The translations under genes and the position numbers were made by a program. Below, piece after piece: positions 18,250-27,724 of a DNA stretch of 64,000 bases. A model generated the notes under the pieces. It ran no database searches. It saw only the letters and a list, made by a program, of their open reading frames with translations, and was not told the origin of the DNA. The stretch lies in contig CAZUYA010000002.1 of the NCBI GenBank assembly GCA_964624685.1, positions 6,423-70,422 of the forward strand. Direction: 5' to 3'. The stretch comes from an uncultured Ruminococcus sp. (lineage in GTDB: Bacteria > Bacillota > Clostridia > Oscillospirales > CAG-272). Every line of letters starts with the position of its first letter. The stretch's first letter is position 1.

Positions 18250-19626
18250 TTATTCGATTGTAGTATTCGACTCCGTACTTTTCTCCATAAAAAGCAACAT
18301 CAAGGCATAATAAAATAACGGATAGGTAATGAAAAACAAAACATCCACCATACCGAACACAAGAAACGCCGATAACCCGATGGCAAGAAAACTTTTTTTC
18401 AAACTCGGTTGACGCAACACCAAGCGAACCGTACAAAATCGATGCCACGCATATGCCAAAAATCCGACGATCCCGGCAGAACCGAGCATTTGAATCCAAG
18501 TGTTATGGTACAGGTACGGATAAACTTTGATCTCCCATGAAGTGTCCGCGATACCGGAATCATAAAATCCCGCGCCGAAAATCGGATGCTTTGAAAATTG
18601 CGTCCACCCGCTCTTCCAACGTTCCAATCTCCCGTTATCGTCAAAGCCGTAATTGATAAAATTTCGCAAAACATCCATCAGTTTGCCCCACAGCAAAAGA
18701 ATTCCGACTCCTCCGATCACGATGACACCCAGTGTCATGAGTCGATTGCGTTTTTTATATGCACCGAAAAAACAGACCGTAATCAAACAAACCGACAGAA
18801 CGGCGGCACCGATCAGCGTCGCTGTCCGACTTTGGGACAACACGGCTGCAACAAATTCCAACAGCCCCAATAAATAAAATATCCAACCATTCCGATGTGT
18901 TGCCGCAAAGTAAAAACATGCCGGCATCAGCATTGTCAGCAATCCTCCGAAGGAATTCCAAACCGCCCATCCCAAACAAACGGTATCTTTTTGAATGACA
19001 CCGTTCTCGATTCGTACATCCCCCATACCGTAAGCAAGAAACAGCTGTGCCACGATCAGTGCACCTGCCAAGGTCAAACAATACAAAAAATAGTCAAACG
19101 CTTTGGAATCAAACCGAACAAACAGCCCGAACAAAAGAAAAATTCCCAAAAGTGCCAACGGAAAAGAACAAGCATAAAGCAAGTTTTGCACGGTATAAGA
19201 CGCACTAAACAATCCGTTGAGCAACAAAACGGCACACAATACAAAAAGACTCGGAAGTACGTTGCTGTTGCGCAGGGATACTGCCCGCCTACGATTGCGA
19301 AGAACAAACAAAAGGATGCCACACAGAAAGGCACCGAACGTAATCGTCAAAATCGTCAGCGGAATCGGTTGTACATAGTAATCACTGAACGTCGGATGAT
19401 TCGGCGTATGTTCTACCGTCACAAAACAGACCGTGCATAAAACCGGCATGACAGCAAACCGAAAATCATCGGCGACCGCACAACCGACCAATACCGTTGC
19501 CATCATGATGATAAAAAATGCGATCTCATATCCCGACGTATGTCCGATCAAAATCAAAACGGTTACCAACATCGCATACCATTTTCCGTTATAGAAATCA
19601 CGCAAACGTTCAAAAGCGGTCTTCAT
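18250..19626 (-). CDS. O-antigen ligase/polymerase-like (Wzy_C) membrane protein
   Basis: About 11 TM helices and a Wzy_C-type block ...VLSQSRTATLIGAAVLSV... followed by an external loop. Confidence 0.6.
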   Translation of the reverse strand: MKTAFERLRDFYNGKWYAMLVTVLILIGHTSGYEIAFFIIMMATVLVGCAVADDFRFAVMPVLCTVCFVTVEHTPNHPTFSDYYVQPIPLTILTITFGAFLCGILLFVLRNRRRAVSLRNSNVLPSLFVLCAVLLLNGLFSASYTVQNLLYACSFPLALLGIFLLFGLFVRFDSKAFDYFLYCLTLAGALIVAQLFLAYGMGDVRIENGVIQKDTVCLGWAVWNSFGGLLTMLMPACFYFAATHRNGWIFYLLGLLEFVAAVLSQSRTATLIGAAVLSVCLITVCFFGAYKKRNRLMTLGVIVIGGVGILLLWGKLMDVLRNFINYGFDDNGRLERWKSGWTQFSKHPIFGAGFYDSGIADTSWEIKVYPYLYHNTWIQMLGSAGIVGFLAYAWHRFCTVRLVLRQPSLKKSFLAIGLSAFLVFGMVDVLFFITYPLFYYALMLLFMEKSTESNTTIE

Positions 19627-20710
19627 GTGTCTCTCCCCCGGTCATGATTTTCAAAGTTTCTTCAAACACATTTTGCAATCGGTATTGCTCCAATTCCGGA
19701 TACCGATAACTTCCAACGCCAAGACATCCGTTCCGAACAACAGTTTCAAAGCAACGGCAAAAAGACGCCATATCACCGGATGGATAAAGCAATTCTTGCC
19801 GCCCGGACATCAGATCCGTTTGCCCTTTGACCGCGGACAGTACCATCGGCAATCCGCATGCCATCGCTTCCATCACGTTGAACGGCAATCCTTCCGACAA
19901 ACTGGCTGAAAGATAACAATCGACCGCGCCAAGATACGGCAAAACAGATGCCTGATCGCCCGGCAAAAAAACGGCATCGTCCAACCGCTTTTCGGCAATG
20001 CGTTCCTCCAACCGCTTGCGTTCGCTTCCCTCACCCAACAAAAGCAATCGCACGGGGTACCCTTTTTCCCGTAGGACCTGAACGGCATCGATCAAAAAAA
20101 TTTGATTTTTCCGAACGCTCAATTCACCGACAAAACAGCAAAGAATCTCATCCTCACTCTTTAAGAAACGGCATCGCAACTCCGTATTACGAACAGGAGC
20201 GGCAATCGACGGCAATCCCATCCCACGCAAGAAAAAAATGTTTCCGCGGCACAGTCCGTATTGCTTTGCGATTCGGTCATCTTCTTCGTTCATGACGGCA
20301 ATTGCATCGGTCTTTCCACGCAACAGCTTTTCGCATCGCAACAAAAAGCGAGCATGAAATCCTCTAACCGGCAAAGAAAACAAATAGCCGTGTACCACAT
20401 TCAGTACATACGGTCTGTTCCGCATTCCGACCATTGCCGCACGAATCAAAAACGCCGCCAAAGACGTATGAACGATGACGCGATCAAATGATTCCCGTTT
20501 CAAAATTTTGCGAATGGAAAACAACGCACGCAAATTGGAAAAACACAGCATTTTTTTTGCAAACGGAATCGGAAAATCAATCTTCTCCCCTTCCGTCGCC
20601 ATCAAAAACACATCCTGTCCCCGTTTCAATGCCGCAATATAAGGACGGTGGAATCGGTTCAAATGCGATGCCGTTGAAGCAACATAAAGAATCTTAAGTC
20701 GTTTCGTCAT
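19610..20710 (-). CDS. glycosyltransferase family 4 (GT-B)
   Basis: N-terminal KILYVASTASHL and C-terminal SLSEGLPFNVMEAMACGLPMV. 17-nt overlaps with both neighbouring genes. Confidence 0.85.
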   Translation of the reverse strand: MTKRLKILYVASTASHLNRFHRPYIAALKRGQDVFLMATEGEKIDFPIPFAKKMLCFSNLRALFSIRKILKRESFDRVIVHTSLAAFLIRAAMVGMRNRPYVLNVVHGYLFSLPVRGFHARFLLRCEKLLRGKTDAIAVMNEEDDRIAKQYGLCRGNIFFLRGMGLPSIAAPVRNTELRCRFLKSEDEILCCFVGELSVRKNQIFLIDAVQVLREKGYPVRLLLLGEGSERKRLEERIAEKRLDDAVFLPGDQASVLPYLGAVDCYLSASLSEGLPFNVMEAMACGLPMVLSAVKGQTDLMSGRQELLYPSGDMASFCRCFETVVRNGCLGVGSYRYPELEQYRLQNVFEETLKIMTGGETHEDRF

Positions 20711-22166
20711 CGTGATCCTCTGTACGCACCCGCACGCCGCCCATTCGTTTCTGTTTATCGCCTTCGTGCTGCTCGCGTTTTACATACTTTTCATGACGGT
20801 TAACCGCGCGCAACGGTGTCAAAAGCAAAATGCGAATATCCAACCAAAACGTCCAGTTTTCGATATAGCTAATGTCCTCTTCAATACGTGCCTGGATGGA
20901 GGTATCTCCGCGCAATCCCTTGATCTGTGCTTGTCCCGTAATGCCGGGACGCAACGTATGCTTGAGCATATACAACGGGATTTCTTTCCGAAATTGTTCT
21001 ACATAAAACGGGACTTCCGGTCTGGGTCCGACCAAAGACATGTCCCCCTTCAAAACATTGAAAAATTGAGGTAATTCATCCAATGCAAATTTGCGAATGA
21101 AAGCACCGAACCTGGTTTTGCGTTCGTCCTTTTCCGTTGACCACCCTGTATCCTGTGTATCATTGACCGTCATGGAACGAAATTTATACATGGTAAATTC
21201 TTTGTTGTGCCGACCGACACGTGTTTGCTTGAACAGCACGGGACCTGGGGATGAAAGTTTCACACCGATTGCCGTAAACAACATCAACGGAGACGTAACG
21301 ATGATCAGAATGAACGATCCTATGATATCAAGTCCTCTTTTCAGAAAGCGATTCATCGGATTATCCAACGGCGTGCTTCGAATATCCAATAGCGGTAAAT
21401 TCCCCATCATGGTGATCTGTCTTGGAGACTTAAAATATCCGCAAATTGCAGGAACAACCATGACTTTGACGCAATTGTTATTACAAACGGAAACATACCG
21501 TGTAATCAACTTTTTGCGAACGGTATCCAATGCAATAATAACCTCGTCGGGACGTTCTTCTTTTAATACTTTATCCAAATCCCCGGTCGTTCCGAGATGC
21601 GGCAGACCGATCACATTCAAATTACCGATATATCCGATCACGGTATAACCGAACTGCGGGTTATCTAAAATCTCTTCCATATATTCATCTGCCATTTCCT
21701 GACTGTCCGTCACAATGAGAATGCGCTTCAGATTGTGCTGACGGATACGCATAGAATGCAAGACGGAAAGCATGGTAATCTTTTTTGATGCAATAATTAA
21801 AAAACTGATAACGGAAGACGACATCAACCATGAAAAATAAAAACCGGCATTCTCGGCGTGAAACATCAAAATCAGTAAAACCGAAATCACAAAAATTTCA
21901 ATATTAACAAGAAAAATCCGTCCGATAAAAAACATCGGCGGTTGAATTCGCATCGGAAGATAAACATTATGAAAATTGTACAGCAAGGAAGCACCTAAAC
22001 AAAAAGTCAAAATAATGACAACCATCTGTACGGAATCAATCGACGTGGAAAAAAAGCCGGTGACAAGACACGACACATATGCAACGGTGACATTCAAAAT
22101 AAAATCCAAAATAACATCCAAACTTTTCAAAACATCGTGAGAACCGTTATTGACATGAAATTTCAA
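20694..22166 (-). CDS. polyprenyl-phosphate glycosyl-1-phosphate transferase (WbaP/EpsB-type initiating sugar transferase)
   Basis: N-terminal TM bundle, a central Rossmann-like region, and a C-terminal bacterial sugar transferase domain (PGPVLFKQTRVGRHNKEFTMYKFRSM...DELPQFFNVLKGDMSLVGPRP). Confidence 0.85.
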   Translation of the reverse strand: MKFHVNNGSHDVLKSLDVILDFILNVTVAYVSCLVTGFFSTSIDSVQMVVIILTFCLGASLLYNFHNVYLPMRIQPPMFFIGRIFLVNIEIFVISVLLILMFHAENAGFYFSWLMSSSVISFLIIASKKITMLSVLHSMRIRQHNLKRILIVTDSQEMADEYMEEILDNPQFGYTVIGYIGNLNVIGLPHLGTTGDLDKVLKEERPDEVIIALDTVRKKLITRYVSVCNNNCVKVMVVPAICGYFKSPRQITMMGNLPLLDIRSTPLDNPMNRFLKRGLDIIGSFILIIVTSPLMLFTAIGVKLSSPGPVLFKQTRVGRHNKEFTMYKFRSMTVNDTQDTGWSTEKDERKTRFGAFIRKFALDELPQFFNVLKGDMSLVGPRPEVPFYVEQFRKEIPLYMLKHTLRPGITGQAQIKGLRGDTSIQARIEEDISYIENWTFWLDIRILLLTPLRAVNRHEKYVKREQHEGDKQKRMGGVRVRTEDHDDETT

Positions 22167-22422
22167 ATTTGCTCTCCTTTCCGTTCATCTTATTACTATC
22201 TTGGTAAATCTTTTGTTATTTTATCATAATTCTTTGAAAAATGCAACACTTATCACCGAAAAATCAAAAAAATCGACAGAAAATATCCTTTTTTGAAGAA
22301 GGAAAGACAAATTACCAAGAAAAACACAAAAAAAGAGGGACACTGAATCCGTAAAAACAATTCTGCATCCCTCCATCGAAACAGCGGACAAGGCGCGGAA
22401 CTCATCCTCGCTTCCGCATGCG

Positions 22423-23202
22423 TCAAAACGGCTCATCAAATTTGATTTTCGCACGCGCCTCCGACACACGAAATGCCGATACCGCCAAAGCCATCCCCAA
22501 ATATCCGATCCCGCCGCTGATACAATCGGCAACATAATAGGTTATCATCAAAAATACCTCACCGATCGTTTGCACGGCTTCTCCCATCCCAACGATCCAA
22601 TAAATATCATAATAAATTCGAGACAAAAGACGTGCTGCCGCCGGCAACAAAGCCGCAAAAAGTACCAATCGCAAAAAACGATTGTTTCGTTCAAAAAATC
22701 CGGAAAACGAAATTCCGTCTGTCAACGGCGGCAAATTTTTTTGCGGATTCGGATTTTGCATTCTCCACACGACAAATACAATCACGACCATGAACAACAG
22801 ATCCACGCCGACACTGAACAAGAAATCAAAGAAAGAAAAATTTTCTCCCAGTGATGCCGCCCCCATCATAGTCAGATATACTATGATTTGTATCACATAA
22901 CGCAAAATTGCACCGACCGCATACGCAATCCAAAACGGAATGCCGTCACGTAAAGAAAAATGAACGCAAACATACAAAACAAACGCAAAGATGCCCCAAT
23001 AAAAAACATAACTCAACAGCGGCTCCACAAACTCCGTCAAGAAAAAGAGCAACAAGCTTCCGCTCCATGCCACATTCGTGGAAAGTTGAAGATAAAGCGG
23101 ATAATATACCAAAGCATACAATATGACCATAACCGCCAAAAAAAAGATCGCCTGCCGCAATAAATATTTTTTTCGCAACTGATCAAAAAGAGCGTTTTCC
23201 AT
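22423..23202 (-). CDS. hypothetical polytopic membrane protein
   Basis: 259-aa ORF with 6-7 hydrophobic helices and a TGcTATAAT extended -10 upstream (23241-23249, minus strand). No family recognised. Confidence 0.55.
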   Translation of the reverse strand: MENALFDQLRKKYLLRQAIFFLAVMVILYALVYYPLYLQLSTNVAWSGSLLLFFLTEFVEPLLSYVFYWGIFAFVLYVCVHFSLRDGIPFWIAYAVGAILRYVIQIIVYLTMMGAASLGENFSFFDFLFSVGVDLLFMVVIVFVVWRMQNPNPQKNLPPLTDGISFSGFFERNNRFLRLVLFAALLPAAARLLSRIYYDIYWIVGMGEAVQTIGEVFLMITYYVADCISGGIGYLGMALAVSAFRVSEARAKIKFDEPF

Positions 23203-23343
23203 AAAAACACCTCCACACGTTCAAAACCGAACTTTTCTGTATTATAGCATATCCCACTCCAAAAATCCTGACCGATTTGTAAATATTTTTTCTTTTTCGC
23301 ATAGAATGATAGCAGATTTTTTCAAAAAAGGAGAAAACCGCGT

Positions 23344-24267
23344 ATGCCGCCGCTTGCTCGAAACTGTTTTTCCGTTCCGTTTGACCACGCGCATTTGAAG
23401 AATCTGCTTGTCCGATTGGAAAAAAGATATTCGTTTTTGAAATCCGATTATCTCGGATGTACGATTTTGAACCGCGAAATTCCGATTTTAACACTCGGTA
23501 ACGGTCCCCGTGCGGTGTTGTATGTAGGAACACATCACGGAATGGAGTGGATCACAGCCGCCATTCTGACACGATGGATCGCCGATTTTTGCAATCTCAT
23601 TGAAACCAACGGTCGGATCGGTCGTCATCGTCCGCGCGACCTGATGGAAAGTTTCACGTTTCATATTCTCCCCATGCTAAACCCGGACGGAACGGATTAT
23701 CAAATTCACGGGCTTGGACAGACACACCCGATGCGTGAACGCATTCTCGCCATGAACGGCGGAAGTGAGGATTTTTCGCATTGGCAGGCGAACGCCCGCG
23801 GTGTGGATCTCAATCATAATTACAATGCCGGGTTTGCCGAATATAAAAAAGCAGAACAGGAACTCGGCATTTTGAGCGGCGCACCAACACGTTACAGCGG
23901 TGAAGAACCGGAAAGTGAGCCGGAGGTTCGTCTGCTCTGCAATTTCATTCGATTTCATACCAATCTGTGCGCGGTACTCACCTTGCACACACAAGGTGAA
24001 GAAATTTACTACAGCAGCAGCGGACAGATTCCGCGCCACGCCGAACAAACCGCAAAACGCCTGTCGGCACTTTGCGGCTACAGACCGTCAAAAGCGGAAG
24101 GATTGGCTTCCTTCGGCGGCTTGACCGACTGGTGCATACAAGCACTCGGACTGCCCGCATTCACCTTTGAATGCGGAAAAGGTATCAATCCGCTTCCGAT
24201 CTCCGATCTGGTACCCATCTACTCCGATCTGCGTCAAACCTTATTTGAATTTTCGCGGTTGTTATAA
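23344..24267 (+). CDS. M14-family zinc peptidase (gamma-D-glutamyl-diamino-acid endopeptidase-like)
   Basis: HxxE in YVGTHHGMEW, plus NPDG and LTLHTQGEEIYY. Confidence 0.8.
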   Translation: MPPLARNCFSVPFDHAHLKNLLVRLEKRYSFLKSDYLGCTILNREIPILTLGNGPRAVLYVGTHHGMEWITAAILTRWIADFCNLIETNGRIGRHRPRDLMESFTFHILPMLNPDGTDYQIHGLGQTHPMRERILAMNGGSEDFSHWQANARGVDLNHNYNAGFAEYKKAEQELGILSGAPTRYSGEEPESEPEVRLLCNFIRFHTNLCAVLTLHTQGEEIYYSSSGQIPRHAEQTAKRLSALCGYRPSKAEGLASFGGLTDWCIQALGLPAFTFECGKGINPLPISDLVPIYSDLRQTLFEFSRLL

Positions 24268-24310
24268 CAATGTCGAATGCAAATCTTTTGTCAAACTTTT
24301 CAAAAAGTGA

Positions 24311-24339
24311 TTGAAAAAAAGCAAAAAATATGATACAAT
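24311..24339 (+). promoter_or_regulatory. consensus sigma-A-type promoter oriented antisense to spoIIID
   Basis: TTGAAA, 17-nt spacer, TACAAT with a TGa extended -10. The only plus-strand gene downstream is at 24751. Confidence 0.5.
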
Positions 24340-24377
24340 AAAGAGGATTGCGGTATCATATACCGATTTCGTTCAGC

Positions 24378-24653
24378 TCAATCTCCCATCAACTGTCGAT
24401 GCGTCTGTTCATATTTTCGTTTGGTCGCTTCCCCGCCGCGTAAATGGCGTTCCTGCTTATTTTTTAACAGCAGGGTTCGAACTTCAGAATACAGACTTTG
24501 ATTGACTGTTTTCAGATTCTGTGTAACATCCTTATGAACCGTACTTTTACTGATTCCAAACACTTGTGCAGCGGCACGAACCGTTGTTTCTTTTTCAACA
24601 AGATATTCTCCCAATACCACACAACGTTCTCTGTGATTCCAATCCGCCACCAT
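24378..24653 (-). CDS. spoIIID: sporulation transcriptional regulator SpoIIID
   Basis: HTH TVRAAAQVFGISKSTVHKDV and a basic C-terminal region NKQERHLRGGEATKRKY. About 90 aa. Confidence 0.9.
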   Translation of the reverse strand: MVADWNHRERCVVLGEYLVEKETTVRAAAQVFGISKSTVHKDVTQNLKTVNQSLYSEVRTLLLKNKQERHLRGGEATKRKYEQTHRQLMGD

Positions 24654-24750
24654 CTCAATTCCCCTTTCCGAAATGCAACTTCACTGCATTCTATGCCGAA
24701 CGTTCGGAAATTAGAATCACATCGTTATTTTTTCAAAAAAGGAACCGCTT

Positions 24751-25524
24751 ATGACAAAGGAAACCGAAAAATTCAAAAATTCCGACATTTTGGAAGGAAT
24801 GACCTCTATTTCAGCTGTTCTGAATGCTCCGTCGGACAATGATCGAACCATCGAAACCGTTTGGATCGATCGTGCAAAAAGAAATAAAAAAACGGCAGAG
24901 ATCGGATTTTTGACAGCAAAATCTCATGAGCTGCATTTTGCGGTAGAATTTACCGACAGTGCTGCCATTGATGCCTATGCCGTAGGAAATACACACGGCG
25001 GGATTCTTGCATTTTGTACCCCGCGTACACTCCCGCCGCTATCGACCGACAAGCTCTTGCCGAACAGCCTATACGTTTATTTGGAAGGGGTGGAAGATCC
25101 GTATAATTTCGGTTATACGATCCGTTCTCTCTATGCGGCAGGCGTTGCCGGGATCGTCTTGCCACAGCACAATTGGATGAATGCCGCCGGGATTGTTGCA
25201 CGCGCTTCAGCCGGAACATCCGAACTGATTCCGATGTACGTTGCAGACGGTGAAACGGCGGTCGATCTCTTCCATCAGATCGGATACACCGTGTTATGCG
25301 CCGGAATCCGAGATTCGGTCTCCATCTTTGACGAGCAATTTCCCTATCCGGTTTTTTTAATCGTCGGAGGCGAAAAGCGCGGCATTTCACGCACGCTCCT
25401 GGATAAAGCCGACCGTATCGTGCGCATAGATTACGGCAGAACCTTCCGCGGCTCCCTTTCCACCGCTTCTGCCGCCGCCGTCATGTCGTTTGAACTTTTC
25501 CGACAACACCGCTCCCGACAATAA
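24751..25524 (+). CDS. TrmH/SpoU-family RNA 2'-O-methyltransferase (RlmB-like)
   Basis: SpoU_sub_bind-like N-terminus, then VFLIVGGEKRGISRTLLDKADRIVRI and GSLSTASAAAV. Confidence 0.8.
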   Translation: MTKETEKFKNSDILEGMTSISAVLNAPSDNDRTIETVWIDRAKRNKKTAEIGFLTAKSHELHFAVEFTDSAAIDAYAVGNTHGGILAFCTPRTLPPLSTDKLLPNSLYVYLEGVEDPYNFGYTIRSLYAAGVAGIVLPQHNWMNAAGIVARASAGTSELIPMYVADGETAVDLFHQIGYTVLCAGIRDSVSIFDEQFPYPVFLIVGGEKRGISRTLLDKADRIVRIDYGRTFRGSLSTASAAAVMSFELFRQHRSRQ

Positions 25525-25620
25525 TCCGAACGGAACATCCGCAACAGCTGTTTCAGCTTTGGTCGCTTGTTCGCATCACAACAGAAATCGAAAATCAAAA
25601 AAGTCTGAAAGGTCGTTATC

Positions 25621-26904
25621 ATGCTGTCAAAAGAACTTTGCAAAACTTATGAATCCATCCTCACCGAGGAATTACAACCGGCAATGGGATGTACGGAACC
25701 GATTGCAATTGCTTACGCCGCAGCCATTTTGCGCGGACTGCTCGGAAAGATTCCGACCAAGGTCACCGTGGCTTTAAGCGGCAACATTATCAAAAATGTC
25801 AAAAGCGTCATCGTTCCGGCAACAGGCGGAATGCACGGCATTGAAGCCGCAGTCGCTGCCGGCATCTTCTCCGGACAATATGAAAAAAAATTGGAACTAC
25901 TGTCTGTTCTGACCGATCGGGATCGAGCCATGATCTCCGATTATCTGAAGCAAGACTGCATCGAAGTAACTACATTGAACACTCCCTGCACATTTGACCT
26001 GCTCATGTGCGGAGAAACCGATGAACATACTGCCAAAGTGCAAATCACGGGGTATCATACCAACCTGGTTCTTGCAGAAGCCGACGGGCAAGATCGTTTG
26101 AATGATTTTATCATCGACCGCCAAGCGAGCAGTACAAAAAATCCGACCGATCGCTCCTTGCTCAATGTCGAAACGATCATCGAATTTGCCGAAACGACCG
26201 ATTTATCAACCGTTCGACCGTTCCTCATGCGTCAAATAGAAATGAATATGGCAATTGCTGAGGAAGGACTTCGCAACCGATACGGTGCCTCCATCGGACA
26301 ACTTCTCTACCGTGACGGAAACGTTTCCGTTCGCGATAAAGCGCGCGCCTATGCCGCCGCCGGATCGGACGCACGCATGAGCGGTTGCGAATTGCCTGTC
26401 TGCATTCTTTCCGAAAGCGGAAATCAAGGCATTACAGCCTCTGTTCCCGTGATCGTCTATGCACGCGAAAACGGGATCGACGAGGAAACATTGTTGCGTG
26501 CGCTCATCGTTTCCGATCTCATTACCATCCATCAAAAAACCGGGATCGGTTGCCTATCTGCCTATTGCGGCGCGATCAGTGCAGGTTGCGGTTGCGCGGC
26601 AGGTATCTGCTATCTTTCCGGCGGAAGATACTACGAAATCGCCCACACCGTCGTCAATGCGGTGGCAATCCTTTCCGGCACCATTTGCGATGGTGCAAAA
26701 CCGTCCTGCGCCGCCAAAATCGCAATGGCAGTGGAAGCCGGATTTGTCGGATTTGAAATGGCATCCACCGGACGGCAGTTCTACGGCGGTGACGGTATCA
26801 TTACCAAGGGCGTGGAAAACACCATCCGCAACATCGGACTGTTGGCACGCGACGGAATGGAAGAGACGGATAAAGAGATTATTCGCATCATGATGAAAAA
26901 ATAA
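25621..26904 (+). CDS. UPF0597 / L-cysteine desulfidase family protein (serine dehydratase alpha-like)
   Basis: N-terminal LQPAMGCTEPIAIAYAAA. Length about 427 aa, with conserved Cys-rich C-terminal blocks (GCLSAYCGAISAGCG). Confidence 0.75.
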   Translation: MLSKELCKTYESILTEELQPAMGCTEPIAIAYAAAILRGLLGKIPTKVTVALSGNIIKNVKSVIVPATGGMHGIEAAVAAGIFSGQYEKKLELLSVLTDRDRAMISDYLKQDCIEVTTLNTPCTFDLLMCGETDEHTAKVQITGYHTNLVLAEADGQDRLNDFIIDRQASSTKNPTDRSLLNVETIIEFAETTDLSTVRPFLMRQIEMNMAIAEEGLRNRYGASIGQLLYRDGNVSVRDKARAYAAAGSDARMSGCELPVCILSESGNQGITASVPVIVYARENGIDEETLLRALIVSDLITIHQKTGIGCLSAYCGAISAGCGCAAGICYLSGGRYYEIAHTVVNAVAILSGTICDGAKPSCAAKIAMAVEAGFVGFEMASTGRQFYGGDGIITKGVENTIRNIGLLARDGMEETDKEIIRIMMKK

Positions 26905-26985
26905 GTTCGTGAAAGCAAAGACCGGACGGCGTCGATCAGATGATCAACACCGCCCAGTCTCTGTTATGAACTTGTTATTTACTGC

Positions 26986-27537
26986 TTACTTTCCGAAATA
27001 ACGATCCAGCAATCCTTGGAATGCTTTGCCATGGCGTGCTTCATCTCTCGCCATTTCGTGAACCGTATCGTGGATGGCATCCAAATTGAGCTGTTTTGCC
27101 AATTTTGCCAACTCAAACTTTCCGGCAGTCGCACCGTTTTCCGCTTCCACGCGCACCGTCAAATTTTGTTTGGTGGAATCGGACACGCACTCGCCCAAAA
27201 GCTCCGCAAACTTTGCGGCATGCTCCGCTTCTTCCAATGCGGCTTCTTTCCAGTACAACGCAATCTCCGGATACCCTTCGCGCGCAGCCACACGGGACAT
27301 TGCAAGATACATTCCAACCTCTGTGCATTCTCCCTGGAAATTTGCACGCAAACCGTCGATGATCTCGGCAGGTGCATCCTTGGCAACCCCTACAATATGT
27401 TCTGCAGCCCATGTCATTTCGCTGCTCTCGACAACCTCTTCAAACTTTTCACCCGGTGCACGGCAAAGCGGACATTTTTCGGGACGAACATCCGATTCCA
27501 CAATCTCGCCGCAAACGGTACATCTCCATTTTTTCAT
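26986..27537 (-). CDS. rbr: reverse rubrerythrin (N-terminal rubredoxin-like plus ferritin-like diiron domain)
   Basis: CTVCGE...CPLC at the N-terminus. ExxH pairs EEAEH and DEARH lie in the four-helix domain. Confidence 0.85.
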   Translation of the reverse strand: MKKWRCTVCGEIVESDVRPEKCPLCRAPGEKFEEVVESSEMTWAAEHIVGVAKDAPAEIIDGLRANFQGECTEVGMYLAMSRVAAREGYPEIALYWKEAALEEAEHAAKFAELLGECVSDSTKQNLTVRVEAENGATAGKFELAKLAKQLNLDAIHDTVHEMARDEARHGKAFQGLLDRYFGK

Positions 27538-27587
27538 ATTGATTTCTCCTTGGATAATATTGTTTCGGTCTTTTTGACCTCTTTTCT

Positions 27588-27616
27588 ATTGTAACATACT
27601 TTTTGGGAAATGTCAA
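27588..27616 (-). promoter_or_regulatory. sigma-A-type promoter for rubrerythrin
   Basis: Minus strand TTGACA, 17-nt spacer, TACAAT with TGt. Confidence 0.65.
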
Positions 27617-27659
27617 TTGTTCCGATATAAAAAAATTGTAAAATAATTAGAAAAAAAGC

Positions 27660-27688
27660 TTGATATTCTCGCGATTTTATGGTACAAT
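27660..27688 (+). promoter_or_regulatory. sigma-A-type promoter for the D-Ala-D-Ala carboxypeptidase gene
   Basis: TTGATA, 17-nt spacer, TACAAT with TGg. Confidence 0.6.
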
Positions 27689-27724
27689 TTTCAATAGAAA
27701 CTTGATTGAGAGGAGAAAAAATTC

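Noticed and set aside
22224-22535. 103-aa ORF in the 22167-22422 intergenic region, and a possible weak hairpin terminator at about 22335-22375.
   Set aside because: The ORF overlaps the 3' end of the 22423-23202 gene out of frame and has no SD. The hairpin has only a 6-bp stem with a 26-nt loop.
24333-24372. AT-rich hairpin (tatgatac ... gtatcata) plus T-run as the spoIIID terminator.
   Set aside because: Not listed as a feature because the stem is weak (8 bp, AT-rich, 16-nt loop). It is mentioned only in the antisense-promoter finding.
24470-24490. tRNA T-arm-like GGTTCGAAC string.
   Set aside because: It lies inside the spoIIID coding sequence. No acceptor or anticodon stems can be drawn around it.
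24311-24505. 64-aa plus-strand ORF opposite spoIIID.
   Set aside because: Its TTG start is the -35 hexamer of the predicted promoter, so it cannot be translated from that transcript. There is no SD.
26918-26965. Possible terminator between the convergent cysteine-desulfidase-like and rubrerythrin genes.
   Set aside because: Only an imperfect stem (about 9 of 12 pairs) with no U-tract. Not supportable.
27540-27590. Possible PerR/Fur-type box upstream of rubrerythrin.
   Set aside because: Only a short AT-rich partial match (AACAATATTAT). I could not find a convincing 7-1-7 inverted repeat.
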